A stretch of 44,635 nucleotides of DNA, taken from NCBI RefSeq assembly GCF_001194135.2, contig NC_068987.1:51646567-51691201 (forward strand), read 5' to 3'. This document shows, in pieces, positions 24,105-37,509 of the stretch (positions are counted from its first letter, which is position 1; every line of letters begins with the position of its first letter). The DNA is from Octopus bimaculoides. Taxonomy: Eukaryota. The position numbers and the translations under genes are program-made. The notes beneath the pieces are model-generated. The model worked only from the letters and a program-made list of their open reading frames with translations. It had not been told where the DNA came from and made no database searches.

Positions 24105-26213
24105 TATNNNNNNNNNNNNNNNNNNNNNNNNNNNNNNNNNNNNNNNNNNNNNNNNNNNNNNNNNNNNNNNNNNNNNNNNNNNNNNNNNNNNNNNNNNNNN
24201 NNNNNNNNNNNNNNNNNNNNNNNNNNNNNNNNNNNNNNNNNNNNNNNNNNNNNNNNNNNNNNNNNNNNNNNNNNNNNNNNNNNNNNNNNNNNNNNNNNNN
24301 NNNNNNNNNNNNNNNNNNNNNNNNNNNNNNNNNNNNNNNNNNNNNNNNNNNNNNNNNNNNNNNNNNNNNNNNNNNNNNNNNNNNNNNNNNNNNNNNNNNN
24401 NNNNNNNNNNNNNNNNNNNNNNNNNNNNNNNNNNNNNNNNNNNNNNNNNNNNNNNNNNNNNNNNNNNNNNNNNNNNNNNNNNNNNNNNNNNNNNNNNNNN
24501 NNNNNNNNNNNNNNNNNNNNNNNNNNNNNNNNNNNNNNNNNNNNNNNNNNNNNNNNNNNNNNNNNNNNNNNNNNNNNNNNNNNNNNNNNNNNNNNNNNNN
24601 NNNNNNNNNNNNNNNNNNNNNNNNNNNNNNNNNNNNNNNNNNNNNNNNNNNNNNNNNNNNNNNNNNNNNNNNNNNNNNNNNNNNNNNNNNNNNNNNNNNN
24701 NNNNNNNNNNNNNNNNNNNNNNNNNNNNNNNNNNNNNNNNNNNNNNNNNNNNNNNNNNNNNNNNNNNNNNNNNNNNNNNNNNNNNNNNNNNNNNNNNNNN
24801 NNNNNNNNNNNNNNNNNNNNNNNNNNNNNNNNNNNNNNNNNNNNNNNNNNNNNNNNNNNNNNNNNNNNNNNNNNNNNNNNNNNNNNNNNNNNNNNNNNNN
24901 NNNNNNNNNNNNNNNNNNNNNNNNNNNNNNNNNNNNNNNNNNNNNNNNNNNNNNNNNNNNNNNNNNNNNNNNNNNNNNNNNNNNNNNNNNNNNNNNNNNN
25001 NNNNNNNNNNNNNNNNNNNNNNNNNNNNNNNNNNNNNNNNNNNNNNNNNNNNNNNNNNNNNNNNNNNNNNNNNNNNNNNNTACTGTATAAAGGTAACGCG
25101 TGCGTTCTGTCGTGATACAAACAATATATGAGTATATGCATATATATGTACATGTATGTATATACGTTCATCTACATGTACATATAGATACATAACTGGG
25201 TACATGACGTGGCAAAAGAACAAGGACAAAATGGTAAACAAGGTGCAACAAACAAGCAGGCCACATAGAAACATCCCCTTCATCAGCTGCCACCATTAAA
25301 ACTCCGGCGTTTCGAAGAATCAGAGCAGTACGCATCGTTAAAATGGTTCTTCCCACGAATACAACTTAAATTGTTTTCGTGGAGGGTAGTAGCGGACGGA
25401 AAACAAGGCAGGAAAACGAAACGGTGAAATAAACAAACAAAAAGGCTGTACAGCCATATATATATATATATAACGCCATATGTACACAAACCTAAGTTTG
25501 TTTTTGAAGTGTTGAAATGTATTATAGAACAATTAGAAAGATATATTTTTTCAACACTGTTAGATCATTTTATATAGGATAAAATCCTTTAAGAGCAGAA
25601 AAATTGGTCGGCAACCAGCATATATATATAAACACAACATATGATGCGAGCATGTTAGACTGTATTTTGAACACGTCTTGTGTTTCAGTGCCATCTTCAG
25701 GTTTCAGGCAGTGGCCACATGGTACAAAACCCTAAAAATGGTACGATAGCGTAAGAGAAAAACTAGAAAATGCGGGTAAGATGTTGATATAAAACATGGA
25801 AAGTTGTAAAACCTCAAAAATATAAAGAAAACTGAAAGAAGCAAAGCGGCGTTAATTAGAGTTATTTCCTCTTTGACCGTAACATATAAAACTGAAAAGA
25901 TAATGTCTGTTCAATGCGGAGAGGGTAGCACTTTCCAATTTGTCCACAAGAACTCAACCATAAGCTTACAACCACTTAAAATTTCAGATGTAGAATTCAG
26001 CAATGTGTTGAAATTCTTAGATCTGAAATGTATCTTAGTTTTTTTCAGCTACGAATAGTTTACATTTTTTTGATCTGTTAACATATGGTGTGGAGTTTTC
26101 GTCTAGTTTCTATATTATCCTATGTGTTATGGCGTTTGAGTTGAATCACCATACGTTGCTAGCCAACTTAGTAGCCTTACTTTTGTCCTTGCGTAGGCAG
26201 TTTTCTTTTGTCC

Positions 26214-26271
<58 letters not shown>

Positions 26272-27986
26272 TGCACCCACGGACACATGCATGCGCGCAC
26301 GCACACACATATGTATGAACTGGTAGATAAGGACTAATTATTCTGGTGAGTGCAGTTCGAGCACCAACATCTGGTTTATATGCATTCCATACATTGTTTT
26401 TTTTCCGGCATTGAGAATCTGGATATGAAGATGGAAAAGATGGATGTTCGATTTATACATTGAACTTAAAACCACCACCCGGTAATGACGTACTTTTCTG
26501 CAAGTATTCAGATTAATGTTCGGTTTTGAAGAAATCTTGCTAGCTTCTCGCTTATCCTCTGTAGTTCATTAAAACTTCATGGGCACTGACCTTCTCTGTT
26601 GTCAACCGAAGGAAACATTCCATAATATGTAATAATGTATAGTTCCATATGCATCATATTGAATTACTATGATTAGTCCTTCCTACTCTTAAAGATGCCA
26701 GTGTGTGTAATTAAAGAAATACTGCTTTTGATTTATAGATGAAAGTTTTACGATGCACAGGACACTCACTGGAATGTTTAATCAAAAATGATTACGTTAA
26801 GGTATCAATTGAATTAATGAATCACTAGAATATCTATTATGATTTGGTTGGCTCGCTTTTATTGGATATGTTTAAGTTGAAGCTGGAGGAAAATAAAATG
26901 AAAATCTCTGTGATGAGAATTTGGGTAAACACAGTTATTGAAATTAATTAAATCTAATTTAAATTAATTATGCATCACAATTAGGTAATTATATATTTGG
27001 TAGTTTTCATCTTGATGAAACAGCTGTTAAACACAATTAAAGTAGAAACGATATTTAAGCTTTTCTGTTTTTATATTACATAAGTAAGAAAAAAATAGAG
27101 AATTCATGCTTTTTTAGCATAAAAGTATAACAGGCTTATGATTTTAGAACTACTACAGCAATTTTTCGGCTTTACATTTTCAGCAAAAGCTCAAATGCTT
27201 TCATTTATGCACGTGCCCTTACAACCTGTACATTCTTAATGCGAAAACCAACACCTGATACCACTCATTTTTAAATAATCTTTATTTTTCTAAGGTATTT
27301 TACAATATGATATTTAAAAAATATTCCTATTCTCACTAAATTAGATTTTTGCAAGTCATTAACGTCAGCTTTTGAATTCTAACAGCGGTTTTGGTGTCAA
27401 CAAAACAACAAGTTATTCTCGATCCTTTGTTTTACATATAAAACTGTGCTTTATGTGGTAATGTCTATAAAATATTTTAAAACCACGCTGTAAATTAACA
27501 GAGAATCGACAATTATACTATCACCTATAGCGGTTAGCATGATGGTGATGGTGATTTTCTTTTATTTCTTTCTCACAAATATTTTACTTTTGAGTAATTA
27601 GTTAATGTGATAATCTTTTTATTTTAGATTATCATTTTTTTTCCATTGTGCATAGATTGCCACAATAGATTGTTGGCCATACAATACATTAATTTAATTA
27701 AAACAAGTTAATTCATTATTCTTCTTAAATTTATTGACTACCTAATTTACTCTCTTCCCATAAGCGTAGTCTAATGTTCTGCATGACACAAGTGGATGTA
27801 AGATGAAAGACTTCACTGCTTGGATAAACAAAAAAAGCGAGGTGAGGCACGAGACTTTACATCTGGAATGCATTAGAAAACTTGGCATATAAAGTATAAC
27901 GTGCTGTTTCTCCTTGAAACACTCGTAAATATTAGGCGACACATTTGTTATGAGAATATTGTACAAATATCTACGCTCAGATAATA

Positions 27987-28043
<57 letters not shown>

Positions 28044-30759
28044 CATTACATTCCTTGACCGAATTTCAAAATTTAGCAAGGGTTAGTAATAACTGTAATT
28101 TCAACGAATGTGTTCTGCAATTCTGCAATTTATGTGTAAATACTCATCATCCGATGCAAAGTGGAATTATTTTATACTTATGCTGAAATTTCGGAGATTT
28201 ATGGTACATTCCATTGTGGCATTAACGCAAATCGAATGAAGCCAATGTTGGTCAGGAATCTATGTGAACAATATATTCTGTCTTTGGTTTGCTATTCCTT
28301 AGAAATTATTTTAACCAGATCCATAATACATATCCGGAGGGAACTTGAATATATTATGCTAGATACAATATATAAAGTTCACCTTAGCTGCACTATTTTC
28401 AAGTAGGCATATTTCTCTTCATCCGAACTTTGCAAGATTGAGATATTCAGTAGTATATTGCAGAAAATAAAGGATTTGATTTCTAGAAAAGTAACATTTA
28501 TGTGTTAGACTACGGATATCGGGTACATATATAAAACACAATATTCTTCAGCGCACTCGCTCAGAATTATATAATTTGTAACATAGTGATGTCACAAGGT
28601 GAAAACGTGGGACGTTGTTAACTATCTGATCAATAAGGCATTCCACATTCAATAGTTGATGAGTTGTACGATGCAGAAATATACCCTAGATATTGATTGA
28701 TACTCATATTGAATTAAAAGCTGCAATGTGTTGCATACTTTGATTAGCAATCATACTTTACGTACAGTTATTTGTAAAGAGCACGACAAAGTTGTTTTGT
28801 TGGTACATATAAAGCATCTATTGCAATATATGAGAAACGAAATTTTACTGTACATCTGACAAGCAATTGTAAAAAATACAATGTGTACTAGAACGTTGTA
28901 TTTTAGATATTTTCAAAAGCACTTTTAATATTCCACTTTAAAAGAGTTCCTTTTTTTTTTATTAGCAATGCTTTAATTTCAATTGACTGTTATATACAGG
29001 GTGAAGAAAAATTCCCTGATTAACAAACAAGGCAACGAAATATATAAATATAAAATAAACTAAAACCTTCAATCAAAATTATGCGTTTGCTTCTGCTCAA
29101 GACAAATAACATGTAAAGAAACGATCAGTAAAAATGACGCCATTAAAACATATAAAACAGAAAAGGAAATCCTTCAACTTTTCATATTTCGAAGTTCATT
29201 AAAAGAATATTTAAAATTCATCAAACGTCTTTTTTTTTTAACAAAGGAAAAATTTAATGTCTTAATCTCTTACTTCGAAGCAGACAATCGATTTTATGCC
29301 ATTGTCTGCATGCATATATGTGCACATTTTATCGATTTATTTGCAAAAGTTTGAGTCGAGACAAACTCAACGGAAGGAGAGAAATTTGATTTGTGTATAT
29401 TATTTGGAGAAGTTAGTAGATATACGTGAGAATAAAGGTAATTGATTCACAGAAAACACTTTTATCTTCAATATAAATATGTTCACACAGATTCACATAA
29501 ACATTGTTGATAAAATTTGCGATAGATTATTCTATTTGTTTTGTTCATATATGTTTAAAATTAAGGATTGATATTAAGCAAAAGCACATTCATGTCCGAA
29601 ACAAAATACAGTCACATTCGTTGTGCCCGCTCTAACATTATTTTTTTTTCATTCTGAGCTGCAATATAGTTATCACAGACTCAAGAAAGATGAAGCTAAA
29701 ATCTAATGATTTCAGTCAAATGACTTTTTATTGATTATCTTTCTCCGAACGCACAGTACGTTTTAAATAATGTTTAGTATTCTGAGATGCACGTCGAAAG
29801 CTATTTTTTTCTTGTAAATGAATTGAGTTCAAGCCTCACAATTCTAACTAATCTATTCACTTATGATAGTTGATAAGAATCTTGAGAAAGGAACATCTTT
29901 CTGCCGCTTAGCTCTGAAAGTTAACTAATTTTACCTCGAAACAAATTCAAACTTGTTTATGCATTTACGAACTATATCATTACAAACATCTCAATAAGTT
30001 AATAGTGAATTTAATTACTTTAAATATAAGCGTCTAGGCAATAATTTCGCTGATATATATCTTTGAACTAGCAGAAGGTAAAAGAAACAATGCGTAAAAA
30101 TTGTCTTCTTACTAGAAGAAACTCACATAAGAACTCGTTAATTAGAATGTAATAGTGACATATAATTTCCAATAATAACCTACAGAAAAGTGCATACAAT
30201 AACGATATTAAAATTGAATAATACATGTAAAAATAAAAACCTTTCTTTACTAGCCACGAGGGTTCCAAAGGAAACCAAAAATACAATGTAAATTTAAACG
30301 GAGGCTTTAATGATAAGACTAAGTGTTCCTTTTTTTTTTGTTTGCTGTGGTCGGTATATTGTTGGGTCGGATACATTTTACCTTGAGTTTGTATCTTATG
30401 TTTTTCAAACTGTAACTGTATTTGATATAAAGAAATAGATTAGACAGATACTTCTCCAAACAAGAACATCATGTATGGTGATGATGACAGCAACTTGGAT
30501 ATATATTCCAATATTGACGTATTCGTCAATGGGAGGGTGAAAGCATGCATGAAAGGCTTCGAAAAATGATCAAACAAAAGTATTCTATCTAATTTCCTCT
30601 GCAAGTTAATGAAGCTTTTTATTACAAAGTAATAGAAAGAAGCCGTAGCTTTAAGTCTAAAACAAGATTCACGTCAAGTTTTTTCAAAAACTAGCGTTGA
30701 GGTTTTGGACACAAAAGTCAAGTTTTCTGGCGGCAGAATAGTAACAAAGATATTTTACA

Positions 30760-33611
30760 AGACCCTATTCCAGTAACTTCTAGTAACCGGGTCTCTGTCT
30801 ACGAATCCTATCTAACTCGACTCTGCAGATCACAAACTTGTCGTCAGTGTAGCCGACCAATTTAAATTGTGGACAACCTACTCTACCCCTCTTCTCTGAC
30901 CTACCAAATGCTCTATCTAGATACGATTTGGGTGTCGCATTGTCAGTCATCCAAATCAATACTGGCACATCAGAGAAATTCAGTCGATACCTATTAGACA
31001 ATTGGAAGTCCCTGAATAGGTTTACGAGTGTTTCGCATACCCTTCTGCATACCCTACTAGCCCCACACAGTCCTTACGCGCGTCCAAAATTCCATTCCAG
31101 TCCGCTACTAGTACTAAACAGCGAGACGTTCCCAGGAAAGTTTCTAAACTCCTGTAGAATTCTGGTCTTTCAACTGCTGTCGGGGCATAAAAGACCACCA
31201 ATCTAAAGGCGCCACTTTCGCTACTGTTCACATCTATGACCACCACCCTGCCGAGCGAGTCCAAGAAGTTTGCCGTTACTTCGATATCTAAGGATTTTCG
31301 GAATAACACTGCGGACCTGCTGCCAGCTCCCGACAGAATACCTCGCAGTCATCGAAAATGGGCGCTAATCTTTGTCTCGATAATTGCAGCCACATCTAAA
31401 TCGAGCAACCTAAGATCGTTTAGCGTGTGACCGTGCTTCCAAGCTGAACCCAGGCCACGAATATTCACACACTCTACTCTGAAAACAACCATGTTTATCG
31501 GAGAAACAAAGGGAGAGAAGGTCACTTACCTTGGATTTTGAAAGGGTCGTCTGATTCAGCTGTCTCATCTGAGGCATTCTCATTAATGAAGGGCTTTCCT
31601 AAAATCCTCTTATCCGGCTCTAGACTAAAAGGCCCAATGTCTTTTGGATATCTTTAAAAGTTCTAGATAATTATTACTCTCTGTTTTTATCAGCGAGTTT
31701 TTGACAGAAATCAGTCTAACTACTCCTTTTGTGTGAATGTTTGTGTTTTCCCTTATTTCCTGTATCACACGCTGTTGCTATTGCGAACGACTGTGAAGTA
31801 AATGAAGCGTTCGGGTTCTGTAGTCAGTTTTATGGGTTGTTCTTGTGAATGGTGTTTCTCTTCATGTATTTATTTCTGTTTTGGTGCTTTTTATAGTTCT
31901 GGTTGTGGTTGAATGGGTGTGTTTTCGCTTTTGTTGTTGGGATTTGGGTTGGTGTGTCGGTGTTGTTAGTGTAGCTGATGGATTAGGTGAATTTTCCTCA
32001 ACCTGTCTTTTTCCTTTCAGTTTAGGACGGCCCTTTGTGGAACTAGTTTTCGCTTTTCCCCAACACAGGTCATTCTTGGGGGACTTAGTTCGTTCTCGTC
32101 GCATGATAAGGCTTGTGAATCGCCCGTGTCGGGTGTCTGTGGTGAACCTATTTCACCCGCCGGTAGGGATGGTCGGTTGTTGCTTGTTTCAACTGCTACA
32201 GTTGTTGGTGCCATTGTGGTGGTGGCATTCTGTTTAGAGAATTTTGCTTTAATGGCTGTTGCTGCATTGGTTGTTGCTGCAGGTTTTGGGCTTCTTGTGA
32301 TACTGGTCTCAGAGCCGCCGTTCCTCGAGCTCGCTTTTGTTGATTTGGTTTGGAGTTGACTTTCAAATGGGCGTTGGACCCACAAGTGTAACACCTTGGC
32401 TTTCTGCCTTCCACCATGATTTGGAGTTGTGCTCCGTTGGGCAGCTCCAGTACCTTGTGCAGGGATGTCGGTTATACCTGTATCAAAATTTCCAACCCGA
32501 TTCCGGACCAGTTCTCCTTCCGATATTTATCAATTTTGAGAAGCAAATCCGAGCCTTCAACTACAGCGTACGCAATCAACCACCAAATGTCTAATTCCGG
32601 TGGCGCATCTGATATTTTAACTTTCACCACATGCAGTCCTAGTTATGTGGGAAATAGAAGAAGACCCTCGTGTTTGCACTGGAACCGTGAGTATTTTTGG
32701 TCCAGTGCCTCTGTGAGGAACTTCACATCCACAGAACCATATTGTCTCCCTCGTGTGAGGAAATTAATATAAGTCCAAATGCCCTTCTAGCATTTTCCTA
32801 CTTGGATGTGTGACGCATTGAAGATTTTCCTCGTCTTTAGCGACACACATTTGTATATGATGGTCTCTCTGGCCGTCTTCTCCATCAAATCTGAAGGAAT
32901 AGTATGCTTCATTTTCCTATCCACTCTATTGGTGATTGGTGAGTTTTTCTGCTTCACTCAGGTACGGATGTTTTCCTTCTAGGGAGATTTGCTCCTGCGA
33001 TTTAGTTACTCCTGCAAAGGAGTTGTTTTAATCGTTACTGTTATTGATTATATCGTTTTTGCTGCTGGTGTTGTTCCTGTCGTTGTTGGTGTTAATCAGA
33101 GCCAAAATGACCCTATCGTTTCTGGTGGTTTTCATATCGTTGACTGAAGTAGCCAAGGTCCTTGATAACGTGGGGTGGGATCATTTACATCGTATTTGTA
33201 CTGCTCATATGTGTCTCCTGCCAAAGCTTTAATGTTGCTGTTGCTGTTGCTGCTGCTGCTACTGCTGTTACTGCTGTTGTTGCTGCTACAGTTGTTTTTG
33301 TTGTTCCTCCTAGTAGTACTGGCAGAGGTGATAGTGGCGGTGGTGTCGGAGGTGTTGTTTGTGATTGGGCCAGTCATTTTGTTTTGCCTGCTTGCTTGTC
33401 TAGTAGTCACGCCAACAGGCGAAGAAATGTCACCCTCCCAAGACAATGAGAGAATTTTAACGAAAAAGGAACTCACCTACAGAAGGAGGATCCCTTATTC
33501 TCCATCCTGGGTCAAAATGACAGGAAAACACCGAAATTTTCTGGAGAAAACTGACGATTTACGAAAACAGAATATGGAGCCGAGGTCAAGCGTGGCTTCT
33601 TTGGATGACGG
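30760..33611 (-). mobile_element. L1/Tx1-clade LINE 5' portion: 5' UTR, ORF1 with zinc knuckle, and ORF2 APE endonuclease; truncated after the endonuclease
   Basis: ORF1 runs from an ATG at 33377 (MTGPITNNTSDTT..) to VEGRKPRCYTCGSNAHLK (CCHC-like). Endonuclease motifs are DSLGRVVVIDV..FRLVVFYAP..LVLVADWN, SYLDRAF and YTDDKFV..RPGY*KL. Confidence 0.88.
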
Positions 33612-33612
33612 C

Positions 33613-33677
<65 letters not shown>
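33613..33677. repeat. (AAT)n microsatellite
   Basis: Direct reading. Confidence 0.97.
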
Positions 33678-33678
<1 letters not shown>

Positions 33679-34159
33679 CTATATACACTGGAAGCTATGC
33701 CAACATTATGGAATAACAACAGAAAAAAGATGGTATAAACACACGCTAGAAAAGGTCAGAGAAAACGAGAAAGCAACCATAATCTGGGATATGCCAATAC
33801 ACACAGATAGAGAAATTAAGGCAAATAGACCAGATATAGTTGTCAAAGTATATCAATACTAGCAGATGACAACGTTTCTCTAAAAGAAATGGAAAAACTT
33901 TCAAAATACAAAGACCNNNNNNNNNNNNNNNNNNNNNNNNNNNNNNNNNNNNNNNNNNNNNNNNNNNNNNNNNNNNNNNNNNNNNNNACAAATATATATA
34001 ACATACAGAAAATTGCACTACTGGGTACTGCACACATTCTACGCAAAACACTTTCAATACAGTAAACATAAGAGCACCACAGCAAACCACAGCACATACC
34101 CAAGGCGCACAGAGCTGCGCTCGGTAGTGAAGTGAAAGCACGTTATAAAAATAAAACTA

Positions 34160-34162
<3 letters not shown>
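33678..34162 (+). mobile_element. R4/Dong-clade LINE 3' fragment (restriction-like endonuclease end + 3' UTR), 5'-truncated
   Basis: YIHWKLCQHYGITTEKRWYKH..ATIIWDMPIHTDREIKANRPDIVVK..NIQKIALLGTAHILRKTLSIQ*; flanked by (AAT)n on both sides. Confidence 0.9.
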
Positions 34163-34230
<68 letters not shown>

Positions 34231-34263
34231 TATAATAATAATAATAATAACAATAATAATAAT
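34163..34263. repeat. (AAT)n microsatellite
   Basis: Direct reading. Confidence 0.97.
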
Positions 34264-37200
34264 GGGAAGAGCGATAAAAGTAAAAAGGGTGGTTAATAGA
34301 CACAGAAATAGAAGATATAAAAAGGGATGTAGAAGATAGGAATAATACTTCACCAACAGGTAATGTGCCCAGTGAGAATAGAAAAATGAAATGTGGCAGT
34401 GAAGAAGTAGAGCAAAGTGTAAATGTAAATGCGTTCTCAGCAATTGAAGCAGAATAGGAAGAGCTATATCACAAGAATACGATGATGACCAACAAGACAT
34501 AGTGAGGACGCTGTGCCGATATATAAGACGAGAAATATAATTGAAACTAACAGATATAATTTGGGCTTCAGCTATGGTTGCTGCACATAATGCTGGATGC
34601 AAAAGAAAAGAAGAAGCAGAAGGTAAAGGACCATACTGACGTAGACGAATTTGAGAGGAAATGTATAAAAGGACATTTGCGAGAAGTTGATAGATTAAGA
34701 AGTAGAGAACTATAAAAAAGAAGCATAAGAATAATGCTGGAAAGAACATATAGAATGAGAAGTAAAGGTTATGATGTGATATCGGAAGAATTGAAGCTGA
34801 GTAGTAGCTATCAAAACAAAGCTGGAAAGATTTGCCAATGGAAAAAGACAGTTCGGGCAAAACAGATAGTTCGAAGCAAATCAGAAGAAACTGTTTCAAG
34901 CACTAGATGGGCAAATACACGTAACAATAATACCAGATGCAGAAGAAAGCAAGGCGTTCTGGAGAGGAACCTTGGACAAAGCTGTAGAGCATTATGATGA
35001 AGCAGAGTGACTGCATGAAATCCAAGATAGGTTAAAAAATATAGAAACCCAAGATGACATGAAGATATCTACAGAAATAATTAAAAAGAGCAGTTAAGAA
35101 AATTCCTAAATTGGAAGAGCCTAGGACCGGATAAGATCCAAGGGCATTGGATGAAAATGCTGAGAGGGCTCCATGAAAGGATAGCACAACAGTTAGATGA
35201 ATGCTTTTAGAAAGGCGCTGTTCCTCGTTGAATAACAAAAAGAAAGACATTGGTATGTGCCAAAACGCCTGACAAGGGAAATGTATCCAACTTTAGAACA
35301 ATAAAATGTCTTCCGCTAATGTGGAAACTAATGTCAGGTACTTTGGCTCGTGAACTGTACAAATACTTGGAAAAAAGTGGACTGCTACCCATTGAAAAGA
35401 AAGGATGTCAAAAGAGGTGCCGGATAACGCAGGATGAGCTCTTAATTGATAATCTAATTATCAGGAACTACAAGAGAAGACATACAAACCTGAGCATGGC
35501 ATGGGTTGATAATCCCAGAGCATACAACATGATACCACACACCTGCATAATAAGAACAATGAAAATATATGGAGTAGCAGAGCATATGAGAAGCCTTATA
35601 TGGAATAGCGTGAAATACTGGAGAACGGAATTCACAGCAGCGAATCATATACAAGGAGAGGTGAAAATAAAGAGAGTAATCTCCCAAAGAGACTGTGCAT
35701 CTCGACTGATATTCGTAATGGGAATGGTGCACTTGAGTGAAATACAACAGAAAACAAAGTTGGGGTATGGTCTGGAAAGAGGTAAGGGAAAACTAAGCCA
35801 CTTGCTATACATGGATGACATGAAGCTATTCACAAACGTGATCAGTACTGGACTTCGTAGACCAATCTGTGCATATTTTCTCCAATAATATTGAGATGAA
35901 GTTTGGACTCACAAAATATGCTACGATGGAAAGCTTGGCAGGACAGAAGGCATGTGGTTACCAAATGGTGAAATGATGAAGGCAAATCAACTTCAATCCG
36001 GCTATAAATACTTGGAAATAGTGGAGGCAGAAGGAATCAGACATTATGACATGAAAGAAAAGACAAAATAGAGCACCTGCGGCGATGAAGAAAAATATTG
36101 TCTTGTAAGCTGAATGCAAGAAACATGATTTCGGCAATAAACTCTCGCAGCACAGTCGCAGTAGTTTGGTATGGCGCTGGAATCCTGAAGTGGAGAGAGG
36201 ATGAGCTAAAGGATATGGACATGAAGTCAAGAAAGCTCCTAACGATGCATGGAACCCATCATCAACGAGCAGACACTGATCGCCTATACATAAAGAGAGC
36301 AAATAGAGGAAGTGGACTGATAAGTGTGGAAGATTGTGTGCGTATCGAACTCGAGAGCTTAATGAGATACCTAGTCCAAAGTAAGGAAACCTTTCTAGTG
36401 ACAATTAGGAAGGAGGGAGTATTGGGAGCAGAGAAGAAAGGGAAAACAAATGAAGAAATACAAGAAGGATATGACGAAGAATTACGCAAGAAGTTTCTAT
36501 TCAATCAATTCCATGTAGCCAAAACGAAAGTTTCTGGAAAAGATAGGTAGAATTGGCTGATGAAAGGCACTATACCGGCAGCGCAGGACCAAGCGCTGGC
36601 CACGAGAGTCAGCCTGAGGACTGAGTAAGTGTCTCCGCTGTGCCGCATCTGAAATAGAGGAGATGAAACCATTGCCCACATCACGAATGAATGCCCTAGA
36701 CGTGTCCAAAACCACTACATGTTGTGGCGACACGATCAGGTAGCGAAAGTGCTACATTGGAAACTGTGTGAAATGCAGGCTCTAGAGAGAGGTTAGACGT
36801 GGTATGAGCACATACCGCACACGATAAAGTGGCCGAGTCGTGGACTAACAAAATCCTCTGGGATTTCCGAATCGAAACAGATCAGATGCTAGAGCATAAC
36901 AGACCAGACCTAGTAGTTGTCGACAAGGTGCACCATATACGCTAGTTGACGTTGCATGCTACTTTGACCAACGAATAATGAAGAAGGAAGGCGAACAGAT
37001 AGATAGTTGCAACCCGCTTAAGTCCGGACTATCGAATATGAAGAAGGTGAGCTTAGTGCCAATTATTACCGGTTGCTTGGGGACAATATCAGAAGGAATC
37101 AAGAGGAATATATGGGAATTTGGAATAGAATGCCCAGTGAGACTATTACAAATGCTTTGCCTCCTTGGCACGGCCAGAATAATCAGAAAAGGATTAGATA

Positions 37201-37290
37201 GCTGAAAAGAACGAATAACAAGATACCGTAGGTTACAGGTAGTAAGCTGGCTACGGATGCAAGACTCCAGGAGCTCCAACAAACGCTGTG
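34264..37290 (+). mobile_element. R4/Dong-clade LINE, ~3 kb and decayed (RT, CCHC and RLE domains)
   Basis: SNFRTIKCLPLMWKLMSG, LSMAWVD..AYNMIPH, KLSHLLYMDDMKLF, KLNARNMISAIN..YGAGILKW, DTDRLYIKR..GLISVED, DETIAHITNEC..RHDQVAKVLHWKLC, EHNRPDLVVVD, LLGTARIIRKGLDS* (stop 37203-37205). Confidence 0.92.
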
Positions 37291-37312
37291 ATAATGAGAT
37301 AATAATAATCAT

Positions 37313-37404
37313 AAGGATTTAAAAGTTCGGTACAAGGCCAGCAACTTTGGAGAGGAGGTAAGTCGATTGCATCGACCACAATCCTCAGCTGGTACTTATT
37401 TCGC
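37313..37404 (-). mobile_element. SINE 3' fragment (MetaSINE-like family)
   Basis: ggtaagtcgattgcatcgaccac..ctggtacttattt is homologous to 39290-39335. Confidence 0.65.
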
Positions 37405-37509
37405 GGAGAATCTCCATATGCAGATTGTTTTAACAAAATCCAGATTAAAATAGTATCAATGATAATCTGTTGCGTTAAAATGTTCTGCATAAATGACAAG
37501 GTATACACA

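Noticed and set aside
25270-25335. CTGATGA and CGAAAC motifs on the minus strand
   Set aside because: They are in the wrong order or lack closing stems for a hammerhead. At most this is a decayed repeat.
28994-29020. TA-CAGGGTG resembling a Tc1/mariner TIR start
   Set aside because: No matching inverted end or transposase sequence was found.
33175-33738. Poly-Leu/poly-Asn 187-aa ORF and the poly-Arg/poly-Ile ORFs at 41602-42087
   Set aside because: They are antisense to LINE ORF1 or are translations of trinucleotide arrays.
34054-34899. 281-aa hydrophobic minus-strand ORF
   Set aside because: It is the antisense shadow of the purine-rich Dong LINE plus (ATT)n.
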